DNA of 64,000 nucleotides from assembly GCF_902459465.1 (NCBI RefSeq), contig NC_047074.1, positions 3,348,001 through 3,412,000 on the forward strand, read 5' to 3'. Below the pieces are notes generated by a model. The model worked only from the letters and a program-made list of their open reading frames with translations. It made no database searches and was not told the origin of the DNA. This DNA comes from Asterias rubens. Taxonomy: Eukaryota. This document shows, piece by piece, positions 58,401 through 64,000 of this stretch (positions within the stretch are counted from its first letter, which is position 1; every line of letters starts with the position of its first letter). A program made the position numbers and the translations under genes.

Positions 58401-61400
58401 TATCACATGGCCGCCGTTTCTAGTAAAACTAAGACATATCATGTGACGCGCTCTAAACCAATGAAAAGGCAGAATTTTTGTAAGGGGTGTTATAATGACA
58501 GTTAGTTACTTACCATATGTAGGACTATGTTATCACTGGTAGCACTGGCAAGATCCAGGGAGTGTTCAAGCTCTTTGGTAATGGACTCAATGGTCGTAGT
58601 GGGGGTGAGCAGGCCGCTTAACGGCCTCCCAGTGTCTCCAGACTCTGGTGGAAGACCAACAGTCGTCTTCTCATCACCTACCGGTGTGTCAGACTGAAAA
58701 CAAAATTTAAAAAAAAACAAAAAGGTAAGGCCCAGGGGGAGTAAAAATCTGTTTAAATCCTGGTTCATATGTTCTGTGAACGCGAATCAGAGCAAATTTT
58801 TGGCTACGCAGAGATGTTTAGCAAGTACATTTCAACTGTTGCATTGTCAAAAATCATATCGCATTCACATTCGCAGGAAGTATGAATCAGGCTTTATTCT
58901 TTCATTTAATTGTTTGTTGCATTAAAGAAAAACTACAAAGTTTTTTTAAGATAAAATTTAAGAAAACCCAGGAAGTGTATTAACAAGGTGTTATTCAACA
59001 TCAAGTCGTTATTCAACGTCAAGTGACTTCAGATCACGCATTACATGTATCTTTGGCCTTGTGTGTAAAATTACCAGTTCTTTAATCATGGCTTTAATCC
59101 CTGGTGTTTGCGTCTCAAAAGACTTTGGTTTTTTCCATTTTGCGGGGCGGGGCAGGAAGTGGATTAACAAGTGCTTCACATGTACAAATTACACATTATC
59201 TAAATGTATGGCCTTGTGTGTACTTACCAATTCTTTAATCACGGCTTTTATCTCTGGCGTTGGCGTCTCAAAAGACTTGGGTTTCTTCTTTTTGCGGGGC
59301 GGGGCTACGGGAGGAGGAATATCGTCCTGTTTGTCCATCCCAAGGACTAATGCTGAGGGTCTTTCCTTAATACTGGCGATAACATCTGGTTGGACATTTC
59401 TATTGGCCAATCCCGGCTCCCGAATGGCGACGTCGTTAGGAGCGCCCTCTTGCTGTCCCCCGCTATTCCCAGCTGGATCCCGCGAAGGTTGTTGGGAATC
59501 TGCACTTGGCTCTGAGTCTTCGGAAGATGGAGTTTTGGTTTTGGCGGCTCCGTCTTCGTGGAGTCGCATCTGCTCTAAGCGTTTGCGTCGCTTTTCTGCC
59601 TCGATCCTCCGCTGTTCGGCCTCCTGAGTGTGGGATAATGACAAATTTAAGCCATTTTATGAAAACCTATTTCGGTACTTAGTTCATCGAATCCATGCAG
59701 TGGTGTAACTGAGTCTTTTTTGCTAAAGTCAAGTCAAGTCACTTGTACGTCACATTTTTGCAACTCAAGTCAAGTCACACAATGACCAGATTTAAGCCAA
59801 CTCCCACAAATGCAATAAAAAAAAACTGTTCAAAGTTTAGTTAGTAAATTCAATCCATTGCTCATGCACCCACATGTCTGTGTATCTGTGCAGATTGTGT
59901 ATCTGTGCAGATTTAATGTTCTCCCTTATTACAAGAGCACTCAAAAACAATGCAATAGTAGCAGCAAAATCATTGCCGAAGACTTGATTATGCCACATTT
60001 ACTTCGAACAATAATTGCATTGTCGAAACATCAAATGTTTTCAAGTCAATTCTCAAGTAAATTTTCCCTCAAATAAAGTCACAAGTAATTTTCTCCTGAG
60101 TCAAGTCAAGTCACAAGTCAATTGATTGGCAACTTGAGTCAGGTTCAAGTCCAAGTCAATGACTTGAGTCAACAATACTGAACAAAAGTACAACCAGCTT
60201 AATTAGGGGACAGATTTCTTTAAGAAGTTGGTCTTGTCAGAATCAAAAGTGACATGAACTCTGACCTGCTGTTCCAGTTGCCGCTCTTCCTCCTCATGTT
60301 TTCGTCTTTCGTCTTCTTCTCGTTGCTTCTCTTTCTTCCGCTGTTCCTCCAAGATACGCTATGGAATCAAAAAGTTTGCACATTACAATACAAATGGTCA
60401 CCTTGAAGAGGTTGTTTCTCAGGCCAAGTAGAACAAATAACAAGTTTCTACTCCCCGCCCACTCCGATTTTGGACACGACACCGATTTTCTTGTTGATAC
60501 TCTTGCTGTTTCTCAAAATATATGCGTTGGAATGAGTCCAGAAAATGAAAATTTGTGTACATTACAAACAATAGCCATCTGTTCTAGATTTAACAAAGTC
60601 CATTGCAAATGAGCATGACTGGTGACTTTTACAAAGCATTTTTATATTGGCCAAGGTTCTGTTGCTTACATAAAAGTTGCAAATTGAGGCACACACATGT
60701 GCTTAAAAATATTAAAAGCTGTGCCGCAATATGGTGCATATCAAACCAGGAACACCTGGGCGAACACCTTCTCTTTTCGATAAGTGCACTATTACACAGC
60801 GCACAGAGATAACCCTCTTTGCACATTATGTCTAGTTTTCACCTGTCTTTCTTTTTCTTCTTCTTCTTCTTTCTTGGCTTCAATCTCCTCGATCTTTCTC
60901 TGGAGAGCTTCTTCTTCCTGCTTCCTCCTTTCCTCGGCATTGCGTCTCTCTGTTGCTAAGCGATGGAGCTCCTCCTCAAACTCAGATATTGCTACTGGCT
61001 TCTGAGTCTCCTTGACAGCTCTTCTGTGAAGGTTGAATGAGTAAGTCAAATCTTATAATCTATCACTAAAAAAACAAAAATTCAATTACTAATTTAAGCT
61101 AGAATTCCTTATTTTTTTATTTTGCCTGAAGGTTCCGTTGGTTAATAATGATAACAATGATTATTTAGACATTTGTAAACTAAACAGTAAAGGGCCTAAT
61201 GCGAAATGGCCTATAAGCGCAATAAAAACATACAATGAGAGACAGAACAAAATTACAAATAAGCAGATTACAAAAAAGCTGCTTTAAACCAATGAGTTTT
61301 CAACAGGGACTTATAAATAAGTATGACTCAACAACTACATTGTAGCCTCTCACGCCCCAAAAAGTTGTCCTATCCCCTCTTTCCCTGTATTCTTTGATTT

Positions 61401-61769
61401 GGAGTGGATTGGACCATGGAAGCAGAACTAACTCTTTCTTCATGGTTGGACCAATTTATTTGCAGGGGCTAAAAAAATCAATCAATTCAAACAATTACAA
61501 AGTCAGATTGTTTCCAAATGTTAGTTTTAAATGAGTTAAGCATGAAAGATTGGCTGTAACTAATTAACGGCTACTGTACTATGATTAACAACAAGGTGGG
61601 CTAATACACTTATGATCACCCGTCCCAAGTGTAAAGGTCGAGCTGGCACATTGTACGAAACTCGGATTGAAAAAGCTTACCTGGGCGGACTCGCGCCGTA
61701 TCCCCTTGCGGCTGCAAGCTCCTCATCCTCGGCGTCATAAAACTCATCTGAATCGCTTTCAGACGACAT
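46481..61769 (-). CDS. WDR44: WD repeat protein 44 (Rab11-binding), 18 exons, 976 aa. Exons: 61769-61681, 61023-60843, 60358-60266, 59623-59228, 58693-58514, 57224-57003, 55438-55302, 54531-54445, 53472-53358, 53050-52925, 52601-52497, 51370-51116, 50575-50453, 49982-49791, 49339-49238, 48558-48443, 47735-47608, 46764-46481
   Basis: Phases are consistent and exons sum to 2931 nt. MSSESDSDEFYDA, SLDLASATS, RNLDTGE.IPL, GPYDFDQ, SSSMDKTVRLWHIS, DDRYFLSGSLDGKLRLWNIPDKKVALWNEVDG and FTSVRKDRNDFWE match human WDR44 as recalled. Confidence 0.97.
47154..47591. mobile_element. Harbinger-type MITE just inside WDR44 intron 17. A related terminus occurs in the MITE at 51643-51871.
   Basis: TIR GGGGTGCGTTCCACTCGCGCAAACG / CGTTTGCGCGAGTGGAACGCACCCC in a CWG context. 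Confidence 0.85.
50270..50315 (-). mobile_element. Penelope-like retroelement terminal remnant with a degenerate minimal hammerhead ribozyme
   Basis: Reverse complement CTC-CTGACAAT-GAGCAG AGTATA CTGTTC-AGAC-GTC-GAG: stem II is intact, core boxes are mutated. Confidence 0.5.
53999..54375 (-). mobile_element. T2-type MITE family A, full length
   Basis: TTAAAGCCAGTGGACACTATTGG...CCAATAGTGTCCAATGCCTTTAA. Confidence 0.85.
54870..55260 (+). mobile_element. L2/CR1-clade LINE 3' end with (TTA)n-like tail
   Basis: YTPLRNLRSSS.LLLIEPKTRHSWGDRSFSSAASRIWNS followed by a TTATTATTA tail. Confidence 0.8.
55560..55956 (+). mobile_element. T2-type MITE family A, full length, inserted into an older repeat
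   Basis: TTAA target-site duplication. The flanks ACGGCCACC / GGTGAGGGCTACAC rejoin to match the uninterrupted copy at ~10018-10045. Confidence 0.9.
56417..56738 (-). mobile_element. T2-type MITE family A variant
   Basis: TTAAAGGCACTGGACA...TGTCCAGTGCCTTAA. Confidence 0.8.
57255..57325 (-). mobile_element. Degenerate tRNA-like SINE head or tRNA pseudogene
   Basis: Reverse complement reads GGGCTTGATAGCTCAGTTGGAAGAG...GGTTCAAGTCCC (A and B boxes), with mismatched stems. Similar heads lie at ~45760-45840, ~11265-11335 and ~52860-52920. Confidence 0.6.
58048..58500 (-). mobile_element. Second copy of the hairpin-terminated element
   Basis: Aligns along its length with 8797-9337. Confidence 0.8.
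59052..59155 (-). repeat. Degenerate tandem duplicate of the 3' end of WDR44 exon 4 including its donor
   Basis: KPKSFETQTPGIKAMIKEL|gtaatt versus KPKSFETPTPEIKAVIKEL|gtaagt. Confidence 0.9.
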
Positions 61770-62158
61770 GGTCGCCTCTTTCCTTGTGTAAAACTACCAG
61801 CACATGAAATCAAATAATACTTTGTACTGCCAACTGTTCTTATACGTTAGATCCTAATAAAGAACGGAAAGTATGAACAAGAACCCGACACTGTGACAGA
61901 TCGTAGAAGAAGGTTGCACTATTTTCATCATGTTTACTTTTTCACTATATACTTTACGTGTACGATGTATTGAACGTCTGGTTCCATTATAGTTTGCAAA
62001 CGTATTACCAACAGCGTTCGGACGGGAACTAGACTGTCAATTCGCTCAAAATCATGCCGTTGGTGGCGCTATATAGGGAGACCGTTATTATTTTGGAGGG
62101 GTATCACCAAAACGGTACTACCCGATGGCCTACATGTCCGCGTGTGTTACCTACGGCC

Positions 62159-62573
62159 CGTGTCAGATGCAATTGTGTCCGCCATGCAATACTGTCCGTT
62201 CCGAACACTTTTGCATATGCAATCGTGTCCGGGGCTATGAAAAAACCGTCCGGTGGACCATGGAGGATGCATGGCTGCTGTGAGCGCGCCAGCGAGCGTG
62301 CATGCACTGATGAACCATCCTACGTATTATATTACGTATGGCGTTTAATTTACTGCAAGGACGGTTTTGCACGGTGGCGGACACAACTGCACATGCAAAT
62401 GTGTCCGGGTGGACACAATTGCATTATGCAGCAGCGTCCGGGCGGACCCGATTGCATATGCAAAACCGTCCGGCGGACGTTATTGCATATGCAAAACCGT
62501 CCGGCGAACGTTATTGCATATGCAATAATGTCCTCCGAATAGCATAGGACACAACATAATTGCATGCGACACC
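62159..62573 (-). mobile_element. Second copy of the TTGCATATGCAA-array element, upstream of WDR44
   Basis: Reverse-complement match to 23007-23506. Confidence 0.85.
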
Positions 62574-63364
62574 CACCCCCCAGCCCGGCGAATAATCCGA
62601 TTGAAATGGAGTGTGGTTCAAATAATGGCTTAAAGTCGGGTCTCGCAGCCTGTTTTCCGAATAATAGTATGCAAAAACTTCAAATGTCTTTGGTATAATT
62701 ATTTCATAGAGAAAGGACATGTTTTATGCAGGCTAGGAGGAGTGAAGTCGTCCATGTACAGGATGTAGGGCCTGTTCCATAAAAGTCGGGAGAGGGAAGT
62801 TTACTGATGACGACATCGTGCGCGTGACACACCGAGAAGTTTCTGTGGATTTTTGTTAAAGCTAAGTTAACTGTCGGATGTACTCCCTCTGTTTTCTTCA
62901 TTGCTGTTAAAAATGTGGTGATTGAAACCCGACGATTGCTGCATATACACCCTTATATGGTATGATTATAAACGTAAAATCATAAAGTTAATATCTACCG
63001 CCATGGTGAAATGATCAAATAAATATTTTTCGCAGTGGGATGAAAGAAGTCATAGAAGCATGCATGAAGAGAACCAAATCAATTAGACAGGTTGTGAAAT
63101 ACAAGATTCAGAGGGAGTAAGTTGTATCGAATACATTTCCTTGAATCACATGACGGCTGCTCGTTCCAGCTAGCTAGCTATAGCTGGTTACCAGACACCG
63201 TTTCAATGGAACGTTACGCATAATGTTGGCCAATGCTGGATACCATGCACGTGTGTAGTTGCAACATTTCTGACTGAAATTGTGTGAAATTATTGCTGAA
63301 AGAACTTCTAAAACCATCGTTTCAGGATTTTTGTGCACAAAGGAACTCCACACTTTTTGGCAAC

Positions 63365-63615
63365 ATGAAGATACTTATCCCAATATGCGTCGTCTTGCTT
63401 GTGACACTTGGTAAGTACTTAAGGGGGAAATACCTTTAGATTTTAGTTTGCTTTTGACACAATTCGGGTAAGTCATGAAGTCGACAAAAGGTTCCCACCC
63501 CCATTAAACATACACAACTCAGTTAGCTGAGTGCTGAGTATAGTGTATTTTTGGTGCAGGTTTGTTTCCTCCCTGCATTGCATGGCTGAATGAACACTGG
63601 CTGTGTGGCACATGA
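63365..63615 (+). CDS. Possible start of a signal-peptide-encoding gene (63365-63410 MKILIPICVVLLVTL, donor GTAAGT; candidate next exon from 63560)
   Basis: ATG followed by a classic hydrophobic signal-like stretch and a phase-1 donor. The downstream exon assignment is uncertain. Confidence 0.4.
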
Positions 63616-64000
63616 CTGGCCTCGCTTCTCGACCCAATCCCAACCACCATGGGATCTAACTTCAACATGTTCAAAGTCAATTCAGACTCAGACTCAGAGA
63701 CATCATGACGGCAGCACTGTGAAATTCATTCATTCATCATTATGATCAAGCCCATTCATGGCATTTGTCTGAGAACTGACAGTGACTGGAACTTGGATTT
63801 GGAAGTGGAACATAATTTACATTTTATTTAACAAACTCATTTGGTGCATGTCATTTTCATAAACAAAAAGCTTTACTTATTGATATTAAACTTAAAACAA
63901 ATATACATGCAAGTTAAATTAAAACATAACAATAAAGTAATTCATTACTTTATGTCATTGGGATTGTCAGTTTCAAATTGGATGTAAGTTAAAACATGGT

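Overview
Intron-rich animal genomic DNA, probably an echinoderm such as a sea star (inference from protein similarity and repeat content). I reconstructed six genes by hand from splice sites and reading-frame continuity: GK5 (-, 17 coding exons), a probable AUNIP orthologue head-to-head with it (+, 3 exons), a divergent ferritin (+, 3 exons), an intronless secreted PAN/apple + fibrinogen-domain gene (-), COPS9 (+, 3 exons) and WDR44 (-, 18 exons). A possible signal-peptide gene starts at the right edge. Introns and intergenic DNA are dense with TTAA (T2/Kolobok-type) MITEs, Harbinger-type MITEs, tRNA-derived SINEs, LINE fragments and local tandem duplications. The most unusual observations are: (1) a ferritin lacking the Glu27 ferroxidase ligand but carrying a five-Cys C-terminal tail; (2) a duplicated GK5 exon 2 whose 5' end and splice acceptor come from a SINE and which is exactly the same length and phase as the real exon; (3) a long hairpin element whose GC-GNA-GC apex is inverted (flip/flop) between its two copies; (4) a 29-bp minisatellite seeded on the stop codon of the fibrinogen-domain gene. 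Gene identities come from recalled protein sequences, not database searches. Repeat boundaries are approximate unless a target-site duplication is quoted.
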